DNA from: Clostridia bacterium
GTDB lineage: Bacteria > Bacillota > Clostridia > Christensenellales > CAG-314
DNA length: 64,000 bases
Assembly (NCBI GenBank): GCA_028698585.1
Contig: JAQVWG010000002.1
Location: forward strand, 150,250-214,249
Direction of reading: 5' to 3'
Of the stretch, positions 38,448 to 48,489 are shown one piece after another. The notes beneath the pieces are model-generated. The model made no database searches. It was given only the letters and a program-made list of their open reading frames with translations, and was not told the origin of the DNA. A program made the position numbers and the translations under genes. Within the stretch, counting starts at the first letter, position 1. Every line of letters starts with the position of its first letter.

Positions 38448-39473
38448 ATGGGATTCAAGGCAGGTGGAGGATTTGGCGGTGGCGGTTTCAAATCTGGTGG
38501 AGGATTCGGGGGCGGAGGATTCAAGTCCAGTGGGGGCTTCAAGTCCAGCGTGGGCCGTTCCTCTGGCAGTTCATTTAACCATTCTTCAGGTGGACCTTCG
38601 TTTAGGAGTTCGGGACGCAGAGGTCTGTCGTTAGACGATATTATCATTGGTAGCATAATAGGCAACAGGCTATCTAATTCATCTAGTCGTCAATCGACTC
38701 AACTGTCCAAGAATGACGTATATTCGCAGACATCACCTGTTCAATCTACACCTTCTGTTCCACCTAGAGTGCCTCAATATAAGGAATATTTGCAGTGTGA
38801 GTACTGTAATAGCAGATATAACGACCTCAAAAAGGACAGGTGCGATAACTGTGGCGCCACGCTGACTCGCAAGAGAGAGCTTATTAGCGACAACAAGACA
38901 TCAGCATCTGCAAGCGCAAGTAAATCATCAGGTAAGAGGGCTGGCATCATCATAGCCGTAGCAGCTGTTATGGTGGTGGTGTTCATTGTTGTGTTAGCGC
39001 TTGCCCAAGGTAGTTCAACCAATTTTAGCGTATATAACACCAACACTATCCTGCCCATAAGTACCTACACATCAGGTGACATCGGCGACTATATGTATGC
39101 AGAGTATATCACATATAAGGTTAATTCTGCCAGCATTGTTAATGACCTGAGTCAGTTCGGTTATGAGCAAGAGGGCATTTTCTGTATTGTCAATATAAGC
39201 ATAACCACTCGTGAGGAGATAGGCATCTACTGGGCAGAGTTCTCACTCGAAATAGATGGAATCAACTATCTGCCTGCGCAGACCGACTCAGATGATACCT
39301 TCAATTTCAACCAATGGGGAGAGGACGGCTATTTCACCGTTGATGGCAATAAGACTGCATACCTAGTTTTTCCGCTGGATAGCAATTACTCTCTCAATGA
39401 TATTACACTAGAGTATAGAGAGTTAATCAATTATCAAATTAACGTTGCCCATAGAATACCACTGGCTAACTAG
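38448..39473 (+). CDS. Hypothetical membrane protein: Gly/Phe-rich repeat N-terminus, zinc ribbon, one TM, DUF4352-like extracellular domain
   Basis: MGFKAGGGFGGGGFKSGGGFGGGGFKSSGGFKSS repeats. CEYCNSRYNDLKKDRCDNCGA. TM IIIAVAAVMVVVFIVVLALA. The C-terminal beta-rich domain assignment is tentative. Confidence 0.5.
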   Translation: MGFKAGGGFGGGGFKSGGGFGGGGFKSSGGFKSSVGRSSGSSFNHSSGGPSFRSSGRRGLSLDDIIIGSIIGNRLSNSSSRQSTQLSKNDVYSQTSPVQSTPSVPPRVPQYKEYLQCEYCNSRYNDLKKDRCDNCGATLTRKRELISDNKTSASASASKSSGKRAGIIIAVAAVMVVVFIVVLALAQGSSTNFSVYNTNTILPISTYTSGDIGDYMYAEYITYKVNSASIVNDLSQFGYEQEGIFCIVNISITTREEIGIYWAEFSLEIDGINYLPAQTDSDDTFNFNQWGEDGYFTVDGNKTAYLVFPLDSNYSLNDITLEYRELINYQINVAHRIPLAN

Positions 39474-39486
39474 GTGGACAATCAAT

Positions 39487-39528
39487 AAGACAAGAGGTTA
39501 TTAACCCTTGTCTTTTTTTTGTGCCTTA
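39487..39528 (+). terminator. Intrinsic terminator
   Basis: AAGACAAGAGG...CCCTTGTCTT stem followed by T8. Confidence 0.75.
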
Positions 39529-39668
39529 ATTACAAAATGTTGCATTTTTAACAATAAATACATATACAAAAGGCAATTTGTTTGGTAGAATATATGCAAG
39601 TATACTAGGGTTTAGCCACGAGATTTTTTGCATAACCACATCAGGACAGTCTAATAGAGGTAGATATA

Positions 39669-42092
39669 ATGGTTTTTTCGGCTAGCGTAACACAAGCAAT
39701 TAAATACGCAGAGGAGTGGGTGAGTGCTAACATCAACAGTTTTATTGGCACAGAACATATCTTGTTGGGACTTATTTACACAGACTGCAAGGCTCAACGA
39801 CTACTCAAGGAAGTGGGTGTTGACTCAGCTAACTATAAGATTGCCAGCGACATGAGAGGGGGTAAGACAGTTGAGTGTACCCCACGAGTTAAACTGGTAC
39901 TCGGTATTGCCGAACAGATATGTGTCAAGACTAATTTAACCACTGTTCATAGCGAACACGTATTATTATCCATTCTGCTTGACCGTAGCAGTTATGCAGT
40001 AACACTTCTCAAGAAACTCAATGTTAACACTGCACAACTGGTGAAGAAACTAGCTGACTTAATAGGTATCAGTACTTCATCAATGCAGGGTAAACAGTCT
40101 CAAGGCGCAAGTACGGAGGATTCATCCGTCAACAGCGACAGCAGGCTGGGCGAACTGGCTAAGTTCGGCATAGATATCACGCAGAGAGCAAGAGAGGGAC
40201 AGTTAGACCCCTGTGTGGGCAGACAGAAGGAGATAGACCGTATCATACAGATTCTTTCTCGCCGTACTAAGAATAACCCCGTACTGATTGGTGAGCCCGG
40301 CGTTGGTAAATCTGCCGTTGTTGAGGGACTGGCACAGGCGATTGTGGATGATGACGTGCCCAACACACTTAAGGATAAGATAGTGTTCTCTCTGGATTTA
40401 TCAGGACTGCTTGCTGGCACTAAATACCGTGGTGATTTCGAGAGCAGACTTAAGAATGCCATAGATGTAGTAACAACAGAGGGCAACATCATACTGTTCA
40501 TTGACGAGATACATAACCTAGTGGGCGCAGGCTCGGTGGGTGAGGGCAAGATGGACGCAGCAGACATACTTAAGCCCATGTTAGCAAGAGGACAGTTGCA
40601 GACTATAGGCGCCACCACGATAGATGAGTATCGTAAATATATTGAGAAAGACAGTGCACTGGAAAGGCGATTCCAACCCGTGATGATAGAGCAACCGACT
40701 GTTATGCAGAGCATAGAGATACTTAAGGGTCTACGCAGTAAATATGAGGCACACCACCATGTTACTATCACTGATAGTGCCATTGAGTGTGCGTGTAAAC
40801 TAGCCGACCGTTATATAATAGACAGATTTCTGCCCGACAAGGCAATAGATTTAATTGATGAGGCTGCCTCTCGTGCCAATCTAGACAGTTATTCAACACC
40901 GCATGAGTTAAGGCAGATAGAACACCGTATAACCAAATTAAAGGATGACATTGTCAAGGCCAATCAATGTTCAGACACCATTATGGTCAAGAAACTGGGC
41001 GACCAACTGGTAATGCTACTTAATCAAGCAGAGCAACTTAAACAACAACACGCTAAACTTCAACAGAATAACCCCACCCCTTGTATAGGCGAACCAGAGG
41101 TAGCCAACATAGTTGCAGACTGGACGGGGGTGCCTGTGGGCAGGTTAACGGTGTCGCAGAGTCAACAACTACTCAACCTCGAAAAACAACTCAGTGAACG
41201 AATAGTAGGTCAACAAGAGGCAATTATCGCCCTCTCTCGTGCCATAAGAAGGGCAAGGGCAGGCCTTAAGGACCCCAAAAGGCCAGTAGGCTCATTTATT
41301 TTCGTTGGGCCGACAGGTGTTGGTAAGACCGAGTTGAGCAAGGCAATAGCCGATATAGTGCTGGGTGACGAAAAATCTCTCATTAGACTGGATATGAGTG
41401 AGTATATGGAGAAGCACTCAGTCAGTAAACTGGTTGGTGCGCCTCCGGGGTACGTAGGATTCGAGGAGAACGGACAACTGACGGAAAAAGTCAGGCGTAA
41501 GCCTTACTCGGTTATACTGCTAGACGAGATAGAAAAGGCGCACCCTGATATTTTCAATATTCTTCTGCAGGTACTTGATGACGGCAGACTGACAGATAAT
41601 AAGGGCAGAGTGGTGGATTTCAAGAACTGCATAATTATTATGACCAGTAATGTAGGCAGTGATATAGTGCAGAGTCGTAATAGAATTGGGTTTGAGAGCG
41701 GTGATGATTCCATAGAGATTAATCAAAAGATTGTAAATGCACTCAAGAAGAGATTCAGGCCAGAGTTCCTTAACAGAGTGGATGAGATAGTGGTGTTCAA
41801 CCCATTGTCCGTAGAGGAAATCAACCAAATCGCACGCATAATGACCAACAATCTGTCTAATAGACTCAAGGGAACGCTTGAATTAAGTTTTACCGATAGG
41901 GCAGTTATGCACCTTGCCAAGGCAGGATACGATAAGGAGTATGGCGCAAGGCCGTTAATGCGCACTATACAGAGCAGGGTAGAGGACATACTTAGTGAGA
42001 AAATACTGGAGAATGTCATAAAAATCGGCGACAATATATTAGTCGATGAACAGAACGGCAGACTAGTTTTTACCGACAATACGGATAAATAG
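39669..42092 (+). CDS. clpC: ATP-dependent Clp protease ATP-binding subunit ClpC (Clp/Hsp100, two AAA+ modules)
   Basis: 807 aa. Clp_N repeats; Walker A GEPGVGKSA and GPTGVGKTE; Walker B ILFIDEIH and VILLDEIEKAH; short middle domain; sensor GARPLMR. Confidence 0.85.
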   Translation: MVFSASVTQAIKYAEEWVSANINSFIGTEHILLGLIYTDCKAQRLLKEVGVDSANYKIASDMRGGKTVECTPRVKLVLGIAEQICVKTNLTTVHSEHVLLSILLDRSSYAVTLLKKLNVNTAQLVKKLADLIGISTSSMQGKQSQGASTEDSSVNSDSRLGELAKFGIDITQRAREGQLDPCVGRQKEIDRIIQILSRRTKNNPVLIGEPGVGKSAVVEGLAQAIVDDDVPNTLKDKIVFSLDLSGLLAGTKYRGDFESRLKNAIDVVTTEGNIILFIDEIHNLVGAGSVGEGKMDAADILKPMLARGQLQTIGATTIDEYRKYIEKDSALERRFQPVMIEQPTVMQSIEILKGLRSKYEAHHHVTITDSAIECACKLADRYIIDRFLPDKAIDLIDEAASRANLDSYSTPHELRQIEHRITKLKDDIVKANQCSDTIMVKKLGDQLVMLLNQAEQLKQQHAKLQQNNPTPCIGEPEVANIVADWTGVPVGRLTVSQSQQLLNLEKQLSERIVGQQEAIIALSRAIRRARAGLKDPKRPVGSFIFVGPTGVGKTELSKAIADIVLGDEKSLIRLDMSEYMEKHSVSKLVGAPPGYVGFEENGQLTEKVRRKPYSVILLDEIEKAHPDIFNILLQVLDDGRLTDNKGRVVDFKNCIIIMTSNVGSDIVQSRNRIGFESGDDSIEINQKIVNALKKRFRPEFLNRVDEIVVFNPLSVEEINQIARIMTNNLSNRLKGTLELSFTDRAVMHLAKAGYDKEYGARPLMRTIQSRVEDILSEKILENVIKIGDNILVDEQNGRLVFTDNTDK

Positions 42093-42176
42093 AAGTTATT
42101 AATCGGCTATTTACATTATTGTCATAACATAGTACAATATATATGAACATACACAGTAACAAAGGAGGCAGATAAT

Positions 42177-42722
42177 ATGAAAATCGAACTTCAAACCAAG
42201 AACTACCGTTTAACTTCACGACTCGAAGAAGTTATTATGGCAAAACTGAACAGACTTGACAAGTATTTCCTAACGCATGATACACCGTGCAAGGTGTTGA
42301 TGTCGCAGGACAACGGCAAGAAATGCCGTATGGAAGTATCTATCAATTATCATGGCGCCAACATAAGAAGTGAGTTGAATGGCGCTACAATGTATTACAT
42401 AATTGACAGTATCCAGCCAAAACTTGAAAGGCAGATTACCAAGCACCGTAGCAAGTTGATTGAGAAGTATCAGATGCCGTCAACGGTACCTGAGATTGTC
42501 GAGATGCCTGTTGTCGACACTAAGGCTGATAAACTCAGCAACGAGATAGCCAAAGTCAAGAAGTTTCCTATCGACACTATCGAAGTCAAGGAAGCAGTTG
42601 AAGAGTTGGAAATGGTTGGGCACGACTTCTATATCTTCGTCAATGCACAGACTGGGAATGTAGAGTGCGTATATCGCAGGAAGGATGGCAGAGTGGGACT
42701 ACTGCAACCTTACGTCGAGTAA
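42177..42722 (+). CDS. hpf: Ribosome hibernation promoting factor, long form
   Basis: 181 aa. N-terminal RaiA/YfiA fold plus the C-terminal dimerisation domain (KKFPIDTIEVKEAVEELEMVGHDFYIFVNAQTGNVECVYRRKDGRVGLL). AAAGGAGG SD. Confidence 0.85.
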   Translation: MKIELQTKNYRLTSRLEEVIMAKLNRLDKYFLTHDTPCKVLMSQDNGKKCRMEVSINYHGANIRSELNGATMYYIIDSIQPKLERQITKHRSKLIEKYQMPSTVPEIVEMPVVDTKADKLSNEIAKVKKFPIDTIEVKEAVEELEMVGHDFYIFVNAQTGNVECVYRRKDGRVGLLQPYVE

Positions 42723-42896
42723 GATGTGCTCACAACTGCTCGGTGAATAAACTTGTGTTGAGTAGAATGTGACAGTTACCTCTAGCCCATATATCTATTG
42801 ACTGTCGTATTGCCTGACAATCTAATACGCAATGAGCAGTTGGTAGCAGATATAATCAGTAATATTAACCGCTAAATAAATCGCGATGTGAATAAC

Positions 42897-42935
42897 AATT
42901 GCGCCGTAGATATTCTCTATGGCGCAATTTGTGTT
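42897..42935 (+). terminator. Probable terminator after hpf
   Basis: AATTGCGCC / GGCGCAATT stem with a 15-nt loop, then TGTGTT. Confidence 0.45.
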
Positions 42936-42977
42936 AAATGTGGGTAGTTAATTATCATGGCTAGACAGAATCAACAT

Positions 42978-43309
42978 GTAGTATTGACATCAGCCTGTTC
43001 TTGCGTAGGTAATTATGTATTCAGTGATTAGACTTATGCTTATCTATACAGCGAGAATATAACCTTACTTTATTAGTAAACCATATCTATCAGCAATAAC
43101 TTAATAGTAGTATTGACATCAGCCTGTTCTTGCATAGGTAATTATGTATTCAGTGATTAGACTTATGCTTATCGATACAGCGAGAATATAACCTTACTTT
43201 ATTAGTAAACCATATCTATCAGCAATAACTTAATAGTAGTATTGACATCAGCCTGTTCTTGCGTAGGTAATTATGTATTCAGTGATTAGACTTATGCTTA
43301 TCGATACAG
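42978..43309. repeat. Near-identical tandem repeat, 129-bp unit, about 2.6 copies
   Basis: The TTGACATCAGCC landmark recurs at 42984, 43113 and 43242. Stops in all six frames. Lies between convergent genes and ends 16 nt from the stop of the minus-strand 85-aa gene. Confidence 0.95.
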
Positions 43310-43325
43310 TGGTTAAATAATCTCC

Positions 43326-43583
43326 TTATTCGAAGAACATTTCCACTTGCATATAATCGAAGTCTACGCTCTCAATAAAATCTCGAGGTAAAAACTTGAT
43401 GAAGTTGAACTCGGCAAGATTGCGATAATGCGATTTAGTCAATAAGGGTGTGGGCACATCGAGAGTATGACACATCTCTTGCAACATGTCTTCGGCATTA
43501 TTCATAGTCAGCGTTTTGTCGTTGCGCTCGACTATATCACGCGCTATTTTGTCCTCTCGCATAGTCTTAATCCATAGATTCAT
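43326..43583 (-). CDS. Hypothetical small protein (85 aa)
   Basis: Good GAGGT SD 6 nt upstream of the ATG. Acidic, soluble. No family recognised. Confidence 0.5.
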   Translation of the reverse strand: MNLWIKTMREDKIARDIVERNDKTLTMNNAEDMLQEMCHTLDVPTPLLTKSHYRNLAEFNFIKFLPRDFIESVDFDYMQVEMFFE

Positions 43584-43709
43584 ATACTTACCTCGATAAT
43601 AATTGTATCAATAATATTGGTTTTTAGCAATACTTTGTCTTTATCTTTTGAGATTATTATGATATAATGTATGCAATAAATACATTAATAACACCAAAGA
43701 CGGAGTAAT

Positions 43710-44882
43710 ATGAACTTAGCAGTAATAGACGCACACAGCTATCAAAGAGAGATTATTGATAAGGCTATTGATGACTTATTCGGGCAACTAGGTGGCATTA
43801 CCAACATAGTGCCACAGGGCAAGAGGGTATATCTCAAGGTTAACCTAGTGAGGGATATGGCGCCGGACAAGTGCGGTACGACTCATCCCGAGATAGTGAG
43901 GGCTGTCGCTAGCAAACTAATTAAGGAGTGTAACGCTACAGTTACTGTTGGGGATAGCTCAGGCGGTGCATATACCAAGAATTATATGAGTACCGTGTAT
44001 CGCACATGCAAGATGGACTGGGCATGCGAGCAGAGTGGCGCTCAACTCAATATGGATTTCGACTATTGTCGGCAGGATATCAACGGTCAACGCATTAAAC
44101 TGCTAGATATAACCAACAGTTATAATAATGCTGATGTGGTTATTAATATAGGTAAACTTAAGTCTCACAGTTTTACCGGCTATACAGGAGCAGTCAAGAA
44201 CCTGTTCGGTCTAGTGCCCGGACTTGTCAAAGTTGAAATGCACTCTCGTTACCCCAGTATCGACCAGTTCGTAGACTGCCTTATAGACATAGAACGATTC
44301 GCCAGTGCAAAGATTCTATTACACATAATTGACGCTGTAATGGGCATGGAGGGGCAGGGACCAACCAACGGCAACCCACGATTCATGGGCAAGATTATTG
44401 CGTCACCTAACGCATACCTTGCCGACTGTGCTGGCGTCAGCCTGTTCGATAATCCTCTGTCTATGCCATTACTTAAGAGGGCAGTAGAGAGGGACATTAT
44501 CCCTCAAGACTACACTACAATGACTGACTTTGATTTTGATACGCTCAAGTCCAGTTATATTGCAGATTTTGACTCGGTGGTGGTATTACCGACCACATTT
44601 CTTAATATGCCGAGGTGGATGGCAAAACTGCTCAAGAATAACCTCAGTCCCAGAGTACAGCCTGACCACAAGATATGTCGTGGCTGTAATAAGTGTGTTA
44701 CACATTGTCCTGCTAAGGCTATGACGTTAGTCAACCATAAGGCGACAGTTACACAGAAGAAGTGTATTAGGTGCTATTGCTGTCAGGAATTATGCCCGTT
44801 TAATGCAATTAAGATGAAAAAACCCATTGTCTATCGTGTTGTAAGAGGGTTATCCCACACCAAGAATAAAAAAGACGATTGA
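43710..44882 (+). CDS. DUF362 domain protein with C-terminal 2x[4Fe-4S] ferredoxin domain
   Basis: 390 aa. Central DUF362-like region (KVNLV...HPEIVRAV...GDSSGG...LKSH). C-terminal CRGCNKCVTHCP and CIRCYCCQELCP. Confidence 0.7.
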   Translation: MNLAVIDAHSYQREIIDKAIDDLFGQLGGITNIVPQGKRVYLKVNLVRDMAPDKCGTTHPEIVRAVASKLIKECNATVTVGDSSGGAYTKNYMSTVYRTCKMDWACEQSGAQLNMDFDYCRQDINGQRIKLLDITNSYNNADVVINIGKLKSHSFTGYTGAVKNLFGLVPGLVKVEMHSRYPSIDQFVDCLIDIERFASAKILLHIIDAVMGMEGQGPTNGNPRFMGKIIASPNAYLADCAGVSLFDNPLSMPLLKRAVERDIIPQDYTTMTDFDFDTLKSSYIADFDSVVVLPTTFLNMPRWMAKLLKNNLSPRVQPDHKICRGCNKCVTHCPAKAMTLVNHKATVTQKKCIRCYCCQELCPFNAIKMKKPIVYRVVRGLSHTKNKKDD

Positions 44883-45002
44883 GTATAGCAAGATAGTTGA
44901 CTTAACTCTCAATATATAGTAATATTGGATTGCATAACAGACACCGACTTACATACTATCGGTGTTTGTTGATTATTTTATGAGTTTTTTTGGAGGCGTA
45001 CA

Positions 45003-45488
45003 ATGGCAGAAGTTTTCATGACAACAGAAGGATACAAAGAGTTAGAAGATAGACTTAATGAGTTAAAGACAGTCAAGAGGCAAGAGATAAGCAATAAGAT
45101 TAGCGAAGCGAGAGGGTTCGGCGACATATCCGAGAATGCCGAGTACGACGCTGCTAAGGATGAGCAAGCACTAGTTGAAGGGCAGATTCTTGAGATTGAG
45201 GCTAAACTAAGGGAGGCAGTCATTATCAGCGAGGCCGATTCGGACACGTCTGTTGTCAAGGTGGGTTTTACCGTTCAAGTATCTGACCAGACCACTAAAC
45301 GCAAGATGTCATACCAGATAGTAGGTATAACTGAGGTTGACCCGTTCGCTAATGTGCCGCGCATAAGTAACGAGAGTCCTCTCGGTAGTGCACTTCTTGG
45401 CAAGAAACTAGGGCAAGAAGTGGAGATACTATTACCACCAGACAGTAAGAATAAGAAGAAGATTAAGATACTTAATATTACTAAATAA
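45003..45488 (+). CDS. greA: Transcription elongation factor GreA
   Basis: 161 aa. TTEGYKELEDRLNELK, GDISENAEYDAAKDEQA, and C-terminal ISNESPLGSALLGKKLGQEVE. Confidence 0.9.
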   Translation: MAEVFMTTEGYKELEDRLNELKTVKRQEISNKISEARGFGDISENAEYDAAKDEQALVEGQILEIEAKLREAVIISEADSDTSVVKVGFTVQVSDQTTKRKMSYQIVGITEVDPFANVPRISNESPLGSALLGKKLGQEVEILLPPDSKNKKKIKILNITK

Positions 45489-45502
45489 GGAATTGCAGAA
45501 CA

Positions 45503-46993
45503 ATGGCTGATGTTATCAATAATCAACAAGACACACAAGAGTTAGATCTCAACGAGATACTACGCATAAGGAGAGAGAAGCTATCCCAACTGATTAGTCA
45601 AGGAGATAACCCATTTACCAAAGTCAAGTATAATGTTACCCATAGGAGTGCCCAGATAATAGATAATTATGACACACTTGAGGGTGTCTGCGTATCGGTT
45701 GCCGGGCGCATAGTGAGTAAACGGGTTATGGGTAAGGCTTCGTTTTGCCACATACTCGACATGCAGGGCACTATACAACTATATGTGAGAACAGATAATA
45801 TTGACAACTATGAGCAGTTCAAGTCATATGACATAGGCGACATAGTGGGCGCTTATGGAACGGTGTTCAAGACTCGTATGGGCGAGGTGTCCGTTCACTG
45901 TGACCATATCGAGTTGTTGGCCAAGTCATTATTGCCCTTACCCGAGAAGTTTCACGGGTTGAAGGATACCGACACTAGATACCGTCAACGCTATGTAGAC
46001 TTGATTGTATCTCCCGAGGTCAAAAAAACATTCGTTACTCGCAGTAAAATTATCTCTACTATGCGTAATTTCCTCGATGAGAGAGGATTCGTTGAGGTAG
46101 AGACTCCTATACTCAATACCATAGCAGGTGGCGCATCTGCTAGACCATTTATCACTCACCACAACACACTAGACATTGATATGTATCTGCGCGTTGCTCC
46201 TGAGTTATATCTCAAGAGATTGATTGTAGGTGGATTCGAGAAAGTGTATGAGTTCGCAAGGTGCTTCAGGAATGAGGGCATGGATGTTAAGCACAACCCC
46301 GAGTTTACTATGGTTGAATTATATCAAGCCTATGTTGACTATTTCGATATGATGCAGTTAGTAGAGGACATATATTGTCGCATTGCAGATGAAGTCATAG
46401 GCAGTAGGCAGATACCGTTCGAGGGAGAGATAATCGACCTAACTAAATGGACTAGGATATCTATGTTAGACGCAGTTAAGCAGTATGTCGGCGTAGACTT
46501 CTCTACACTTGACGACGCTGGCGCAGTTAAAGAGTGTGCAAGACTGGGCATAGAATTGCAGGAGCGTCAGGAGTGTTGGGGGCATGCTCTGTTCGAAATG
46601 TTCGACCAAATAGTTGAGGAGAAGATTGTTCAGCCTACATTCGTGTATGATTATCCAATAGAGATATCGCCACTAGCCAAGAAGAAGCCCACAGACGGCA
46701 GATTGACGGAACGGTTCGAGTTCTTTATCTGTGGCAGAGAAATGGGTAATGCGTTCAGCGAGTTGAATGACCCTATCGACCAGAAATCCAGATTCGACCA
46801 GCAAGCTAGAGAGAAGTCTAAGGGCGATGACGAAGCACAGATGGGGGATGACGACTATGTAACGGCATTAGAATACGGACTGCCTCCCACAGGCGGACTA
46901 GGCATGGGAATAGACAGAATGATTATGTTCTTTACTAATAATCACTCCATTCGTGATTGCCTGCTATTCCCAACTATGAAACCAATTAAATAA
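45503..46993 (+). CDS. lysS: Lysine--tRNA ligase, class II
   Basis: 496 aa. OB-fold N-domain; class II motifs FRNEGMDVKHNPEFTMVELYQAY and GLPPTGGLGMGIDRMIMF. Confidence 0.9.
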   Translation: MADVINNQQDTQELDLNEILRIRREKLSQLISQGDNPFTKVKYNVTHRSAQIIDNYDTLEGVCVSVAGRIVSKRVMGKASFCHILDMQGTIQLYVRTDNIDNYEQFKSYDIGDIVGAYGTVFKTRMGEVSVHCDHIELLAKSLLPLPEKFHGLKDTDTRYRQRYVDLIVSPEVKKTFVTRSKIISTMRNFLDERGFVEVETPILNTIAGGASARPFITHHNTLDIDMYLRVAPELYLKRLIVGGFEKVYEFARCFRNEGMDVKHNPEFTMVELYQAYVDYFDMMQLVEDIYCRIADEVIGSRQIPFEGEIIDLTKWTRISMLDAVKQYVGVDFSTLDDAGAVKECARLGIELQERQECWGHALFEMFDQIVEEKIVQPTFVYDYPIEISPLAKKKPTDGRLTERFEFFICGREMGNAFSELNDPIDQKSRFDQQAREKSKGDDEAQMGDDDYVTALEYGLPPTGGLGMGIDRMIMFFTNNHSIRDCLLFPTMKPIK

Positions 46994-47067
46994 TTGTTGA
47001 ATCAAGAGAGCAATTAATCAACTCACGACCAGCCGAGTATACTCAAAGGATATAATAACCATAATTC

Positions 47068-47097
47068 AAACGAGAGGTGAATCAACCTCTCGTTTCG
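47068..47097 (+). terminator. Intrinsic terminator after lysS
   Basis: AAACGAGAGGT / ACCTCTCGTTT stem followed by CGTT. Confidence 0.7.
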
Positions 47098-47449
47098 TTA
47101 CATCTAATATAAGCCGTCTTATTATACAACCTAGTCCTTATGAGTTAGCACCGCATAGGCTGTAGGGTGGATTTCACTTATTATGCTTATGCATATTTGC
47201 GATGATTTAAGGCGAGTAAGTCATTAAGAGCGTGCTTATCGAGCGCGTTTGTAAATCTCTTGGTGAGCTGTGGCTGGCTGATAAGATAGGGCATAACCTC
47301 GCTTAGAGTTCAATTATGGCAATACGAAGCGATTCATAAATGCTATGTGGACCAACAGATTGTAGTTAAACGGGGTGTTGTTGGACAGAACATTGTCAAA
47401 AAAAACGTTTGTTCAGCAATAATATACTGTTGATTGGCTAGGAGAAATG

Positions 47450-48130
47450 TTATTCTTGTTGGCCGAGCATTGTAAGGGGCAGTTGCTTGAACACATTGGT
47501 GCGCTGAATAAATGCGAACACGATAAATACCAATAACATGTCAGGCAGAACGGTAATGCTCTGATAGATAAGGGAGTACACCCATATATTCATACCCTCC
47601 GGTGCGTATTGGCCGAAGAACACAGCGCCGGATACGTAAGACGCACAGAATCTGCCCGCCGTTGCAATAATCGTGCCCAGCAGATAGGGTTGTTTAGTAT
47701 TACGAGCCAGTCCTGACAGTCCTATAAGGCCGAATGCGACTATGTAATCAAGCAATACTTGTACAATACCGCCACTGGCGTCCAATCCGAATAGCATATC
47801 TACCAGTCCATATGCAACACAAGCTATGACACCACTGGGTGCACCGAATGTGCATGCGTATAGTATAAGGGGTAATGTTCTTAATAGTGTTACACTGCCG
47901 GAGATTCCACCTGCCAGTACGGCAGTGTTAACCTTGAACAGATTTAGCACACAAGCAATACTAACACACATTGCTCCATAGACAATCCTGCGTGTTGCGT
48001 TGGTTTTGATACCGTTACGCCTAGTTGCTACCAGCAGCAATATCGCTCCTGCCAAGAGAATTAATGCTATACCTATCTTAATCCAAGTGTTGTCCCATAA
48101 ACTACTTAATGATATTATGCTATTACTCAT
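47450..48130 (-). CDS. thiT: Thiamine transporter, ECF S-component (ThiT-like)
   Basis: 226 aa, six TM helices. C-terminal half resembles L. lactis ThiT (LLDYIVAFGLIGLSGL; YVSGAVFFGQYAPEGMNIWVYSLIYQ). Preceded by a TPP riboswitch. Confidence 0.7.
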   Translation of the reverse strand: MSNSIISLSSLWDNTWIKIGIALILLAGAILLLVATRRNGIKTNATRRIVYGAMCVSIACVLNLFKVNTAVLAGGISGSVTLLRTLPLILYACTFGAPSGVIACVAYGLVDMLFGLDASGGIVQVLLDYIVAFGLIGLSGLARNTKQPYLLGTIIATAGRFCASYVSGAVFFGQYAPEGMNIWVYSLIYQSITVLPDMLLVFIVFAFIQRTNVFKQLPLTMLGQQE

Positions 48131-48167
48131 TTATTGTATCTCCTTATGTATATGTCATAGTTGTATC

Positions 48168-48197
48168 AAAAAAAACACACAGTCTGATTGACTGTGC
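48168..48197 (-). terminator. Attenuator terminator (expression platform) of the TPP riboswitch
   Basis: Minus strand CACAGTC-AATCA-GACTGTG followed by TGTTTTTTTT. Lies between the aptamer and the thiT SD. Confidence 0.7.
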
Positions 48198-48211
48198 GTA
48201 AATAGTAGACT

Positions 48212-48295
48212 ACATATTGTCCCAGTCAAGCATTACCTTGTTAGGTTGTGCGGGTATTATCTCAGCCTAGTATCCTAGGCACCCCAGTTATATAT
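48212..48295 (-). promoter_or_regulatory. TPP riboswitch (THI element) aptamer
   Basis: Minus strand ACTGGGGTGCCTAGGATACTAGGCTGAGATAATACCCGCACAACCTAACAAGGTAATGCTTGACTGGGAC. Matches the conserved GGGGUGC...GCUGAGA..ACCC...ACCUGA..GGAUAAUGC...GGGA core. Confidence 0.9.
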
Positions 48296-48489
48296 AATCT
48301 ATTATATAGCGTAATATAATATTGTCAATACTTAATCAAAAAAAATGTGATTGTATTTTAACGCTAAATGCGTTATAATAAGCTATGTGGTCACAGCTCG
48401 GGCACAAGTGCAATTTTCTATACATCAAGTTGCGCTATATGTACTTAACAACTACGAACATACAGTAACCGTTACATAAGGGATACAGA

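Noticed and set aside
39529-39668. CtsR operator (tandem GGTCAAA heptads) upstream of clpC
   Set aside because: No GGTCAAA repeat is present, and clpC stands alone without ctsR/mcsA/mcsB.
40100-40783. 227-aa antisense ORF inside clpC, plus similar long antisense ORFs at 5263-5676, 27938-28369, 32007-32432, 34914-35372 and 54388-54843
   Set aside because: Each lies entirely within and opposite a confidently identified gene. They have Ser/Leu/Cys-rich low-information sequences and no SD. They are shadow ORFs caused by the codon bias of the sense gene.
42978-43309. 15-codon ORF (MYSVIRLMLIDTARI) repeated in each 129-bp unit as a possible type I toxin or leader peptide
   Set aside because: No convincing SD or -10 box in register. 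The peptide is too short and not clearly hydrophobic enough for a membrane toxin. Kept only as a remark under the repeat finding.
45489-45502. T-box leader upstream of lysS
   Set aside because: Only 14 nt separate the greA stop from the lysS start, so there is no room for a leader. lysS is co-transcribed with greA.
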